Shown here: positions 48,990 to 61,535 of the stretch, piece by piece | Layout: each line of letters begins with the position of its first letter | How positions within the stretch are numbered: the first letter of the stretch is position 1 | Assembly (NCBI RefSeq): GCF_009834535.1 | Contig: NC_045696.1 | Location: forward strand, 5,458,001 to 5,522,000 | Origin: Camelus ferus | Lineage: Eukaryota | Direction of reading: 5' to 3' | Length of the DNA stretch: 64,000 nucleotides | The notes under the pieces: generated by a model | The model's database searches: none | Told to the model about the DNA's origin: nothing | What the model saw: only the letters and a program-made list of their open reading frames with translations | Program-made: the position numbers and the translations under genes

Positions 48990-49630
48990 GACTACGGCCT
49001 ACGAGCCTCAGCACCTCTAGATCCGAGGACAAGGGCGTCTCCTTCCGGTTCTATCACGCTGGTTAAGGGACCGAAGTACGGAACGAGGAGGAGGCTAAGG
49101 GAAATCGGAGCACCGGCTGCTTCCGAAAATATATGCGGGGCCCTCCAGTTCCCCTCCGTTTTCGACTTTTTAGACAATTCCTTCCCTTTAGCGCCTGGGT
49201 GAGGCTGCCGGGGCAAGGCAAGGAAATGGAATACTAATCGGCAGGGCACCTCTTGTCAGCTCCCTTCCGCGGGGTGGAATCGCACTAAAACCAACAGCTC
49301 CGTTCGGCTGGGAGGGTCTCTCACGCTCCCGCGCCCCTCCCGCCTCCTACGCGCCGTGCCTGTGAGGCGTCTTGTTCGGGCCGCGGATAATCCCACCCGC
49401 TGGAGTGCACGGGACATGTTTCTGCTTTTCAGGTGCAGCTGAGACCCGGTGGTGGCTGAGGTCACGGGCCCCAAGGCCGCTTTCCAGCCCCGTGGCCTCT
49501 TGTCACCTCCGTGTCCTGTGCCCATAAAGGAGATGCAGGAGACGTGTTCTGAACTCTGCCCGGCACCTCGTGAGCCCTCCGCACACGGCTGCTCCGATGG
49601 CTGGGTACCTGACCCGGCAGCACGTCTCTA
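48990..49630. promoter_or_regulatory. Second CpG-rich promoter-like segment
   Basis: Locally CpG-enriched non-repeat sequence, ETS core CTTCCGG at 49042-49048, plus-strand donor at 49199 and acceptor at 49432. Confidence 0.5.
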
Positions 49631-49984
49631 GGAAGTGGGGGGCTGAGGACTGGGACCCAGACCTCTGAGTCCCCCCTTGTGCCCCTTCCCTAGCTCTGCT
49701 ATTCCAGGGTCCTTTGTGTGGTTGTTTGAGTCCCCAGAGAAGCGCTTCTGATCTTCAAAATCAAGTGAAAACTGCTAACATTCCTTTATTGCCGGGTAAT
49801 TGAAGGACACTGTAATGGGAAGGCTCTATGATCCAGGACTTTGCATTATTGGTTTTATTGAGTAAATCCTGGGCAAAGAATTACTCATTGTCAATGTAGG
49901 TATTGACTGGCTAACTCATCACTCACTTTTCTTTTCTAGGAGTAAAATTATTATTTATTATTATTACATCTCTGGGTCAGTCAT

Positions 49985-50110
49985 GACTCTAAATGTTTTA
50001 CAAGCCTTAACTCGTTTCTGTTCACTACAGTTGTGTGAGGCAGATGCTGTTCCATTCCCATTTTACAGCTGAGGAAACTAAGCTACAGAGAAATCAAACA
50101 GTCGGCCCCT
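49985..50110 (-). mobile_element. MIR SINE
   Basis: cccattttacagctgaggaaactaagct. Confidence 0.75.
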
Positions 50111-50569
50111 GGAAAGCAGTCTCTGGCCAACCAGAAAGAACCTAAAGTCGTAATGTATGTACATGACTTCTCACATTTTAGCCTGAAGTGAATGGGAAGC
50201 TGGCAGAAGTTAGCTGAGATTTGTTCCAGGAAGAAATCCCTAGCGCCATAGTTGGCCTCCGGGCTGGAGGCTGGCTAAGATGCCTTTGACAAAGAGATAA
50301 GAAACCAGTTACCCTATTTTCCTCTGAGACAAAACATTCAGGAAAGGAATATTGAGGAATAGGTGGAAGAGCAGTAAGAACAGCTGATTAGAGTCAGGGT
50401 AAAAATAGGAAAAGAAGAGCCATGCAGAAAAGGGTAAGGTGCTCTCTAGAAGTCTGGGGACAGCCCTGGTGTCCCTTGCCCATGGTTTTGCCTCTTGTCT
50501 TCCTCTTTGATGGACTTAAGAACACGACTCTTAAGGTTTGTCTGGTTTGTGTGTAAGGGCAGCATTTAC

Positions 50570-50832
50570 AAAAGTCTGTCCCCTCGGCATTAAAATTGTA
50601 TTTAAAAAAATTTAAAAACAAGGTCTAAGGTCTTGTGTACTGACAACTCTGGGAGAGCCGGTCTATGCAGTTTTTCAGTGCAGGACTTCTCAGAGCCTTT
50701 ATTGTAAGTTGTGAATGTTCAAGTGGGGCATAAGGAATGCAGCTTTTCCAGACCTATCTAATAATGCAACTCATTGTTCAAAGAACCAGTTGCAGGATGG
50801 ATGTTCTGAAGCCCTCGCTTTGGGGAATGGTG
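50570..50832. mobile_element. Possible hAT-Charlie MITE (MER103-like)
   Basis: ggacttctcagagcctttatt...tgcagcttttccagac...ctttggggaatg. Confidence 0.45.
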
Positions 50833-51714
50833 TTCTAAAGCAAAATCACTCAAAGGGAAATGAATCATAGTGTGATATGCCTGTCATTTCCACTGTGTCT
50901 GACAGCATGACATTTAAGTTCATAAGCACAGACAAAAGGAAACTTGTTGAGGCTCTCGGAGATGTGAACCTGGTTTTTGACATTCACAGGTGGACGACAC
51001 TGTCACCAAAGTCCACAGGGCAGAAAATAATGGCCACACTTGGAAACAAAGTTAAATATTATAAAAGCCAAGTGGTTATGCACATTGTGCACAGTACTGG
51101 ATTCTTCTCTTCCTGCAACCAGGAGCACATGTTTTCTCGGCCTTTTCTGCCTTTCCACGCCTCTAACTCAGCCAAGCAAGGATAGCGCTCTTATGTGCTT
51201 TGTCCTAGAAAAAGCAAGTGGAAAACCAGGACACGCCAGATCTATTTGTTTGGAAGAGCCTCAGTCCTAGCCAATGGACTGGCTCCCGTTATAGAATGCC
51301 CAGGCATGGAAACGCCAGCCCAAGCCCAAATCCATGCCAGAACAGACGTCTGTGGGTGGGCTTCTCCCGGCCATGTCACACCTCCTCCCGCTGCATCTCT
51401 TTGGAGCCCGGGCATGCTGGGGAGGGCTTGGACCCCAGCTCTGCCTCTGCACAAGTTTCCATCATCTCTTTGTTCTTTAACATTGCCAAGGCGCACAGGG
51501 CTGTGAAGTAGGCAGGGCAAGGGGTGAGAGACAGAGAGGGCTGACAGATGCATTAGCGAGCCTTCCCGCCCCAGAGGGAGACCCCAGTGGAGCGGCCGCC
51601 ATCACTGGGCTCACAAGCTTCTCCACCAGCCAGATGGACCTACGACCCCCTTCCTGGACCGACAATGTTATCGTCCATCCTGACACTCGGGTCGGAAGCC
51701 TGGGGTCCCTCCTC

Positions 51715-52300
51715 TCTCTCGCTCACAAAATCCAGTCAGTTCTCTCTAAACATATGTTTTGATTCCACCCCAGTCCAGGCCTCACCATCTGTAGCTGGTG
51801 CTTTGCAAGTGACCCATGATTGGCCTCCCCCTGAGCTCCACTGTTAGAAGAAGCTGACCTAATTAAATCAGGCCCTTGCTTGAAAACCGTGGTTGCTTCT
51901 AACCAGATGCATGCCCACACTGACAGACCATGATTTGGCCTCAGTTGCTCACTCAGCCTCAGTACCAACCAGGCCCTGCCCAGCCCCTCTTCCCAACCAT
52001 GTTGATGACATAACACTCTGGCATTATTTATTGCTCTCATGCCCAGTCTTTCCTTCCTTAGGTCCCTAGAAAACTCCTATTCAGCCATCAGAACCCACAT
52101 CAAATGCCCCCCTTCTCTCCCCAGCTCAGAGTTAGTGATTTCAGCCTCCTGCCACATCGGTCGCTGCCTGTGCGGCAGCACTCCCCACATTGCCCTGCTG
52201 GGGCTGCTGGCTGCTGGCTCACACGTTCGTCACTTCATCACTTGGGAACAGAGACCTCATGTCCTTTGTTTTCATGCCCCCGAACCACGCATGGTGTTGT
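51715..52300 (+). mobile_element. L2 fragments
   Basis: ccagtccaggcctcaccatct...cccttgcttgaaaacc...aactcctattcagccatcagaacccacatcaaatg. Confidence 0.7.
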
Positions 52301-54011
52301 CACGTGGAAATGGCTGCCTGCCTTGCTGTGACCCCCCAGAAGCCCAGCCGCTGCATCATGCAGACGGAAGAGGAGGAAGAGGCAGCAACGTTTCTTTGTG
52401 TTCTGGGTTTCTCACCTTCATCACTGGACACAGCCAGCTGTCAGTCATTTAGGCTAAAATGTGGAAGAGCTATGTTGAAAAATAGAGTGTTATTTGCAGA
52501 AGGAGTGGCACATTAGGGTGTGTGTTGAGACTCAAGGCAGGTACATTTCAGTGGGAAGCGGTGGCTTGGGCCGTGCCGAGCTGCACCAGAGACGGCAGCC
52601 TTGGCCTTGGTGAAGCCCCTGCGGTGCCAGGGGCTGCTGGCTGGGACAGCAGGAGGGGAGGGAATGCCAGTGACAGGGGCCTGGGAGGGATGTCTTGCTT
52701 CATCATGGTCAATATTTGAGGAATGATGCTTTTGTTCATGTTGCCACGTACTTCAAGCCTTGGTCATAGTGCAGTTATTTGACCCTGTGAACTATCAGTT
52801 TTTATTTATCTGCTCAAAAGCAGTAAAATTGTGTACCTTTTTATTTTAGCTGTGTACCTTATGGGAAGCCACAGACAAACAAATCAGGACGCCTTAGGTT
52901 AACCAAGTTCCACCTATAAAACTATAAATAAGATATTTTCATGTATTCCTGGTGATAGAATCATTGCCAACAATGAAAGAACTTCCTCAAGCAAGAAAGT
53001 GCAGTGTCATGCTGTTAGTGAATAAAATTCTGGAATGAATCGAACCACTGGAGTTAATAAGTTAGAAAACCTCAAAAACTGAATAATCAGTTTTATTTAC
53101 TTAAACAAAAGAAGGGTAGAGTTCACAGTGGACGTGGGCGTCTGTGGTGGACAGAGAGGTTAAAGTAATTCAGCCAGTCTTAAAACAGGGACACATCAAA
53201 GGTTTTGATCTTAGAAAAAAGATCATAAAAAGGATACATCATTAATCTCATTTATAGTGTCAGAAAATGGCGTCAGTGCTTAACGCCTAAATGATCCAGT
53301 CTCTAAAGGAAGCACTATAAATTTCACTGCCTCTGTGTTTTTAGTGATGATAATTGCCGTTCTGAAATTGGTCAGAGCTCCCCATCGGTGAGAGAAGTTG
53401 CTGTTCAATTACTTACACAGCCTGGTTCCTCCCCATGGGGCTCCTCCGAACAAGCAAGGGCGGAACCACGTTCTCACCGTCTTTGCACCGGAGCTGCCTC
53501 AAGAGGGCCTGAAAGCATTGGAGCCAAGCGTGGCTTTGTTGAGCATCCTCTGCAATCCCCCTCAGCTCCCACAAACAGAGCCATGTAATATAACCTCAGA
53601 ACGCCCTTCCTCGGGTACAGATTTCCACATCTTTCCTCCTGGGAGGTTACCAATGGCTGAGGAGAGGCACGGCCTCTCTAGGGCTAACTGTGTACCCCTA
53701 CAAAGACGAGAGGCCCTGGCCTCACCCTCCTGAACTGTCTGTGGGGCTGGCTTGCTGCTCTCTGAAGGGAAACACTTTCCCAGCTACGCTCCCACGTTGT
53801 CAGAAGCTGTTATCTTGGATATGGCGTGTTCAACCCTTCCCCCGGCTTCACCGCGAACAGAAAGGAGCAGAGCTTCTGGGATGGAGAGGCCGTGTGCCCA
53901 GCAAGGCCGCCAGACTCCATGTCTGAGGCAGAACTTCTCGGGACTCAAGTCAGAACTTCCCGTTGCCCATTAAAATAACAAAAACAAACGCAAGTGAAGA
54001 AGTAAAGACAA

Positions 54012-54361
54012 CTGGGAATGTAATTTGGCACAGCCACTATGGGGAACATTATGGAGATTCCTTAAAAAACTAAAAACAGACTCACCGTATGATCCAGCAA
54101 TCCCACTTCTGGCCATATATCTGGAAAAGACAAACTCTAGTTCGAAAAGACACATGCACTCCCGTGTTCACAGCAGCACTATGTACAATAGCCAAGACAT
54201 GGAAGCAGCCTAGCGTGTTCTCTGCATTGGTGAGTCTGTTTCTGTTTTGTTATGTTCATTTGTTTGTTTTATTTTTTAGATTCCACATACAAGTAATAAC
54301 ATGCCATATCTGTCTTTCTCTGACTTATTTCCCGTAGCACAATACCCTTCAGGTCTATTCA
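54012..54361. mobile_element. Rearranged L1: plus-strand ORF2-end piece (54012-54213) joined to a minus-strand 3' piece (54216-54361)
   Basis: [14 protein letters not shown]2 remnant on +, then tagattccacatacaagt... on -. Confidence 0.8.
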
Positions 54362-55124
54362 GAAATTCTCCTCCAGGATCAGATTTCTCAGCTGTATGTG
54401 TATAACCCTGTGAAAATTCAATGGTAAGGTTAATGTGGAAAAGCCGTTTGGAAACTAAATATTCTCATTTCAGCCATCATATGAAAAAGGAAGTTTAACA
54501 AAAAAAGAAAGAAAGCAGCGCGCCGATCACTACGCGCCAGGCAAATCGTGGTGGGCAGCTTCTACAAAGCCCGCCAGTCAGCACCCGGTCCCACAGCCCG
54601 CAGACGCTGCGCCGCCCGGGGGAAGGCTGCCCGACAGGCACACCTGGCCAGCCTGCTTCCTGCTGACCCGGAACATACTGCTCCCATTAACTCAGCAAAT
54701 GTTTCTGGGCACTGGCCTTGTGTAGCCTGTAAGGTCCACGGGGACGGGACTCAGGTCTGATTCCAGGGTCACTGTGTCACGCCCCCCCCGCCCCCCAAGA
54801 TGCATCTGCCCTGCACAACACAGTCCCTCGATAAATACTTGATTGACAGATTGTCAGGCACTAGGCTGGGGGTAAGGACACCAGCCACTGAAGGTCAGAG
54901 AGGGCAAGGAGCGGCCATTGTGCAAATGAGTGATCGCGTGCAGACCTAGGAGCACTTCTGACATAAAAAGCAGGGCGTGACTGATTCTGCCCGGCCCTGG
55001 GACGAGGGAAGGGCTGCTCAGGGGACCTTGCAGGGCAGGTGGAACGTCACAGGAAGTGGAGAAACATAAAAGGTGTTCCTGGCAGTCATGTAACAAGAGC
55101 AAAGGCCCACAGATACCCAAATGT

Positions 55125-55714
55125 ACAGGGTGCGGTTTTCTACTGCGGCTGAAACAAACCCCCACAAACCTAGTGGTTTCGAATAACACAGATTTCTTTC
55201 CCTGCAGCTCTGGAGGGGAGAAGGCCAGTGGGCTCTGCTGGTTGGAGTCTCTCAAGGCAAAAATCAAGGTGTGGCCATGACTGAGCTCTAGGGGAGAATC
55301 CAGTCTCAGGCTCACTCAGGCTGTGGGCAGAATCGAGTGATAGGAATGAAGGCCTTGTTTGCTTGCTGGCTGGGGGCCAGGGACGTTCCCAGCTTCTGAA
55401 GGCTGCCTCCCTCCCCGGCTCGCGGCCCACCTCGTCTTCACAGCCAGCATCAGTCAGTCAGGCCTCCGTCCCTCTCTGAGCCTCTCCTGCCTCTTCTCTC
55501 AGCATCCCTCTGGCCTTTCTGCCTCCTCCTTCACGTTTAAGGGCCCGTGTGATTAGACTGCTCCCACCCTGAGGATCCAGAATAATCTCCCTACCGTAAG
55601 GTCTGTGGACTGAATTGTACCTGCAAAGCCCCTCTTGCCATGAAAGGTGGCGTATCGACTGGTGTGGGGGATGAGGGCGTGGGCATCTTTGGGGACCATG
55701 ACTCTGCTGACCAC
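55125..55714 (-). mobile_element. MaLR LTR (MLT1D/E-like)
   Basis: aaaatcaaggtgtggc...ctaggggagaatcc...atccagaataatctccc...tctgctgaccaca. Confidence 0.85.
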
Positions 55715-55826
55715 ACCCAGCATCCGCCCACAGGGGGACTGAGTATATGGAGTGGAAGGGGTGCAGGCCAAGGTCTGCACCTGGTACCATGTGGAGGCCT
55801 TTGAAAGGATTTCTAAGGAAATTTTT

Positions 55827-56261
55827 TATTATTATTGAAGTATAGACAGTTTACAATGTGGTGTCAGTTTCTGGTGCACAGCTTCATGTTTCAGTCATGC
55901 ATGTACAGACATATATTCCTTCTCATATGCCTTTTCCTTATAGGTTCCTACCAGGTGTTGAATATAGTTCCCTGTGCTGTACAGAAGACACTTGTTCATT
56001 TGTTTTAGATATAGTAGTGTCTGCAAATCTCGAACTCCCAATTTATCCCTTCCCACCCGCTTCCCCTGGTAACTGTAAGTTTGTTTTCTATGTCTGTGAG
56101 TCTGTTTCTGTTTTGTAAATAAGTTCATTTGTGTCTTTTTGTTTTTTTAAGATTCCACACATAAGTTATATCATATGGTATTTTTCTTTCTCTTTCTGGC
56201 TGACTTCACTTAGTATGACGATCTCCAGGGCCATCCATGTTGCTGCAAATGACATCTTTTA
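55827..56261 (-). mobile_element. Lineage-specific L1 3' end
   Basis: Typical L1 3' UTR reverse complement; TSD-like ctaaggaaa on both sides (55813, 56262). Confidence 0.88.
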
Positions 56262-56478
56262 CTAAGGAAACTTTTTTTAACATGTGATCTTGCAGCCTTT
56301 GAGAAAGCACTGAAAGACTTAAATCAAGGGAGTGGTGGACCTTTGAATTTTTCAAGTAAAACATGGTGGAAGGATGGATTAGATGTATCTTTGGCCTTGT
56401 GTGCACGGGAGCCTAACTAGTGGGCCGGCCGGAGAGGTCTAGCTCCCCTGATCTTGGTCCAAAGGGGAAGTCATCTCA

Positions 56479-56864
56479 GTATACTCATCTGCTAGGGCTG
56501 CCATACAGAGTACTACAGAATGGTGGCTTAACAACAGGTCTTCATTTTCTGATGGAACTGGAGGTTAGAAGTCCATGATCAAGGTGCCAGCAGGGTCAGT
56601 TCCTGGAGAGGCCTCTCTTCCTAGCTTGTAGCCAGGCCACCTTCTTGCTAAGTCCTCACGTGGCCTTTTCTCGTGGATGCTTGGAGAGAGCGCTCTCTGG
56701 TTTCTCTTCCTCTCCTGATAAGGACATCAATCCCATTAGATTAGGGCCCCACCCTTATGGACTCATTTAACCTTTATTACCTCCTGGTGGGCCCAAATAC
56801 AGTCACATTGCGGGGTAGGGCTTCAACATAAGAATGGGCGGGGGGCATAATTCAGACCATAACA
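56479..56864 (-). mobile_element. MaLR LTR (MLT1A/B-like)
   Basis: agggctgccata...gaagtccatgatcaaggtgccagcagg...ttagggccccaccc...ttcagaccataaca. Confidence 0.9.
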
Positions 56865-57439
56865 CGCAGGTTTCTGAGCTGAGGGTTCCGACAGTATGAA
56901 GCCCAAAGGTCATCTGAACTCTTCCTACTCCGAGGGTTTCTGACCAAGGTTAACATCAGCATATCAAGAGGAAAGAGTGGAAGGTCCTATTCAATTTCTT
57001 TCATGTTTATTTCTTACCTTCCTTTTGATCTAGTCTTCTTTTCCTGATGTGGCAATTTTATGGCTTGAATCTTAAGGGAAAAGTTGAACGTAACTTTTAT
57101 TGAGAACTAATGTGTGCTGGACACTGGGCTTCAAACATACAGAAAGAAAATCTCCCCACTTCACAGCAGCACTTGTCAAGTACTTATCAAAATAGACGTT
57201 ATGTTTCATCTCAAGTGGCTTCGACCAGCTGAAGGGACCTGGGGGTCAGAACCCACTGGACTTAATTGAAGACACTTCCCTGAACAAGGAACAATGGGAC
57301 TTCTTTTGACCAACTGTGTACAGACCTAACATCTCATCCTATCCAGAAGACAAGATTCAGTGCTTCATTAGCGTGATTTTCATGAACTTCCCCTTTCTGG
57401 AATTTAAAACTCCCTGAATTTTCCCCTCAAGCAGCTACT

Positions 57440-57675
57440 TGTATTGGCCAGGGTTTTCTAGAGAAACAGGACCAGTAGGATGTGAACAGAAAAAGAAAGA
57501 GACAGAGATTTTAAGGAATTGGTTCATGCAATTGTGAAGGCTGGAAATCCAAAATCTGCAAGGTAGGCTGGCAGTCCACTAACTGATTAGACGAAGCCCA
57601 CCCACGTATTGAGGGAAATCTGCTTTACTCACAGCCTTCTGATTTAAATGTTAATCACGTCTAAAAACATTCACA
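57440..57675 (-). mobile_element. ERVL LTR (MLT2-like), 5' end missing
   Basis: tgtattggccagggttttctagagaaacag...taaggaattggttcatgcaattgtg...gatttaaatgttaatcac. Confidence 0.85.
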
Positions 57676-59956
57676 TTACAGTTGAGTTTTGAGAGTTCTT
57701 TATACATGTGTACATCTATGTATATGTGTATAATTTGCTAGTATTTTTACTTTATATACATTAGTCCTTTGTCAGATGTGTGGTTTGAAAATATTTTCTC
57801 TCTGTCTGTAGTTTTATCCTCTTAATGGGGTCTTTCAAGGAGCAAAAGTTTTGCATTTCAGTGAAGTCCAGTCTGTCAGCCTTTCCTTTTATGGATTCTG
57901 CTTTTGATGCAAAGTCTAAGAACCCTTTGCCTAGTCCTAGATCCCAAAGCTTTTCTTCTGTATTTCTTTCTTAAATTTTTTGTAGTTTTACATTTACATT
58001 CAGGATCCATTTGGACTTAATTTTTGTACAAAGTGTGAGACTTATGTCAAGGCTTACTTTTGTGCTTAATTTATGCTTAATTTCCTATGAATGTCCAATT
58101 GTTCCAGAACCGTTTCCTGAAAAGTCTGCCTTTCCTCACTGAATTGCTCCACTTTTGTCAAAAACCAGTTGAGCCTACTTACGCAGGTCTATTTCTAGAT
58201 TTCTCTTCTGTTTTATTGATCTGTGGGTCCATCCCTCTGCCAGTACCACACTGTTTTGATTACTGTGGCTATATAATAAATCTTGAAATCAAGTAGACTG
58301 TCTCTTCCCATTTTATTCTTTTTCAGAATTGTCATAGCTATTCTAGTTCTTTTGCCTTTTTATATAAATTTTAGAATAATCTATTTTTCCTTTATATGTA
58401 CTTTTAGCTTTGTTTAGTTTTTTAAGGTGGAAGCTTAAAATGTTGATATAAGAGCTCTTTCTTCCTATCAAAAGCACTTAGTACTAGACTATTTCATTCC
58501 AGAAAAATCCCTTCTATGCAGAGCTTTGGCTGAATTCCACCAATTTTGATGAGCCATATTTTCCTTTTCACTCAGTTCAAAATACACTCTAATTTCCCTT
58601 GTCACGTCAGTAACTTCAAGTAATTACTTGCAATTCCCAAGTATTTGGGGGTTTTCTAGGTAACTTTCTGCTATTGATTTCTAGTATAATTCGATTATGA
58701 TTAGAGAATACACTTCCAATGGTTTTAATTCTTTTAAACGTGCTCATGTTTGTTCTGTGACCCAAAATATGGTCTATCGTGGTCAGTGTTCTGTGTGCAT
58801 TTGCAATCAATGTATATGTGCGTGGAGTGTTCTATAAATGTCACTTATGTCAAATTGGTTCATAGTGCTATTCAGAACCTCTGTGTCCTTGCTGAGTCAT
58901 TTGTTCTCTCAACTGCTGAGAAAGGAGTATTGAAGTGCCCAAGTGTATGGATTTAACTACTTCTACTTTTAATTCTGTCCAGTTTTGCTTCATGTATTTT
59001 CAAGTTTAAGTGTATACGTATTGGGATTGTTATTCTTCTTGGTGATTGGCCATTATCAATGCAAAATGTCAGTAAGTTTCTTTGCTCTGCAGTCTACTTT
59101 GTGTGATATTAATAAAGCCACTCTGCATTTCTATTGATTCGGATTTTCATGATATATCTTTTACATCTCTTTAACCTAACTATGTCATTATATTTAACAA
59201 TTGGTTTCTTGCAGTCATCATACAGTTAGGTTTTGTTTTATTAGCCAATCTGACAATCTCTGACTTTTAATTGATTTTTTAGATCATTTACATCTCACAT
59301 AATTATTAATATGGCTAAGTGCCATTTTATTGACTATTTTTATCCTTTTGTTTATTGATCCAATTTTCCTCCTTTCAGTCTTCTCTTGGATTATTCCAGT
59401 GGTTTTTCATTTCCATTTTACTTATCTGTAGGCTTTTGGGCTATATTTTATATGCATAGTATGTTTTAGTGATTTCTCTAGGTATTATAATATAAATTTA
59501 TATATATATGTATATAAAGATTTCACAGTCTACCTAGAGTTAATATTTTACTGCTTTAAGTAAAATGTATATTATTTATAACCGTACAGTTATAAATGGT
59601 CTATATTATAAACTTACTTTATTTTGTAGTTGTCATATGGATTATCTCTTCAATCTTACTCAGTATAATCAATCTTATTACCTTGTATTTCAATAGCAAT
59701 GCATATTTTTAAATACCTAAGAAGAGAAGAAAAGTCTACTGCATTTACCCAGATATTTACCTTTTTTATTACCCTTCCTTTGCTCCTGTTCTAAGTATCC
59801 CTCTGGTATCATTTTCCCTTGGCCTGAAGAACTTCCTTTAGCAATTCTTCTAGAGCAGGTCTGATGATGACAAACTCTCTCAGTTTCCAGTCATTTGAGA
59901 ATATCTTCTGTTTGCCATCAATCTTGAAGAATGTTTTCACTGGGTGTAGGAATCTA

Positions 59957-60031
59957 ACCACCCTGAATGTGCCTGAGCTCATCTGATCTCCAGAGCTAAG
60001 CAGGGTTGGGCCTGGGTAGTACTTGGATGGG
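59957..60031 (+). pseudogene. 5S rRNA pseudogene fragment (about nt 13-87 of 5S)
   Basis: ACCACCCTGAATGTGCCTGAGCTCATCTGATCTCCAGAGCTAAGCAGGGTTGGGCCTGGGTAGTACTTGGATGGG aligns ungapped to vertebrate 5S rRNA with 10/75 mismatches, 5 of them CpG transitions. 3' end missing, no terminator. Confidence 0.95.
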
Positions 60032-60741
60032 GGGAAGGTCTGAGTTGACAGTTCTTTTCTTTCAACACGTTAAAGATGTTATTCCACTGTCTTCTGGCCT
60101 CCAAGGTTTCAAATAAGAAATCTAAAGTCATTTGAACAGTTACTCCCCTATATGTAAATTTTCATTGTTCTGTGTCTGCTTTAAATTTTTTTTTCTTTTT
60201 CTTTGGTTCTTAGCAATTTTGTTATTCCATGTCTGGATATGTTTTTTGTTCATTTTATCCTATTTGAAGTTTGCTGAGTGTTTTGAGTCTATTCAGTTAT
60301 GTCTTACCAAATTTGATGAGTTTTTGGCCACTATTTATATCCTTCTTCAAGTTCCCTCACTCTTTTTTTATGTCATCTTTATTGAGTTCATCAGTAATTT
60401 TTTTTTAATTTCAGATAGTCACATTTTTCAGTTCTGAACTTTTCAGATTACTTTTTATACTTTCTATTTCTCTGACGAGAATTTCTAACTTCTCATTCAT
60501 TTCAAGATTGTTTACCTTTACTTCATGGAGTATGATTACAACAGCTGCTTTCACATCTTTGCCAGTAATTCCAACATTTGGGTCATCGTGGGGCTGGCAT
60601 CTGTTGATTGCGTTTTCCCTTGAGAATTGGTCACATTTTCCTGGTTCTTTATATGTTAAGTAAACATGCATTACTTCCCAGACAGTTTGAATATTATGTG
60701 GAGACTCTGGGTTATGTTAAAATCTTCTGGAGAAGATTGAC

Positions 60742-60742
60742 G

Positions 60743-60789
<47 letters not shown>

Positions 60790-60801
60790 GCTGCTGCTGC
60801 T
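60742..60801. repeat. Compound (GTT)16(GCT)4 microsatellite
   Basis: Directly visible. Confidence 0.97.
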
Positions 60802-61411
60802 ATCATTTTAGCAGTCAATCAGCCTGGTTAATTTCAGACTACAAGTTTTGTCTCACAACCTATGGCAATGGTCTCAATGTTGGTTCAGTTTTCAAAGTCA
60901 GAATTATCTCTACATTCTCCAGCTTCCAGTGAACCCTTTCCTGGTTTTTTTGTTCAAAAAAAAAATACATTTCTATAAGAGTTTTAGATGCCTGCATTGC
61001 TGTCATGCAGTTCTATGCAACTGGAGTTCTATTAGGGCAAAGCAGTGAGAGAAAGGAGAGAGAAAAAATAACTTTCTGGAACACAGGAGCCCCTTTCTCC
61101 AACTTTTCCTGTCTGCCAGGAAGATGGGGTTTCTTCCACAGTGTTAGCTACCAGCGTTACCTTCAGACAGCTCTACACTAGGACCACCACGTGGGACATG
61201 GTCAAAGGGGAAACCATATGGGGAGGTCTCTGCAACCACACTGTCAGGTTTACAGAGGCCTCTTTTCCCAGCACTCTGGCCAGGAAAAAAAGGGGGGGGG
61301 GGCTTTTCTTCAAGTTTTTGCTGCCGACACTCAGTGCACGGTTCCACACCTAGGACAACCCACAGGCCAGAGCTGAATGGTGAAGAGATAAAAGAAAAAC
61401 AAAAAAACAGT

Positions 61412-61535
61412 GGGGATGGTATAATGCAAAGTGGTAGAGCACATGCTTAGTTAGCACGTGCGAGGTCCTGGGCTCACCCCCCAGTCCCTCCTCTAAAAAA
61501 ATGTAAATAAATAAACCCCATTACTCCCCCCCAGC
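61412..61535 (+). mobile_element. tRNA-derived SINE (camelid-type), diverged
   Basis: ggggatggtata...gtggtagagcacatgcttag...gaggtcctgggctca...aaataaataaacccc. Confidence 0.8.

Noticed and set aside
57440..57675. MLT2 LTR as the ortholog of the human B3GALT5 LTR promoter
   Set aside because: It lies ~13 kb upstream of the CpG promoter rather than near the penultimate exon, and lacks its 5' end.
59957..60031. Functional 5S rRNA gene
   Set aside because: Lacks the 3' ~30 nt and terminator, shows CpG decay, and is a single copy inside an L1.
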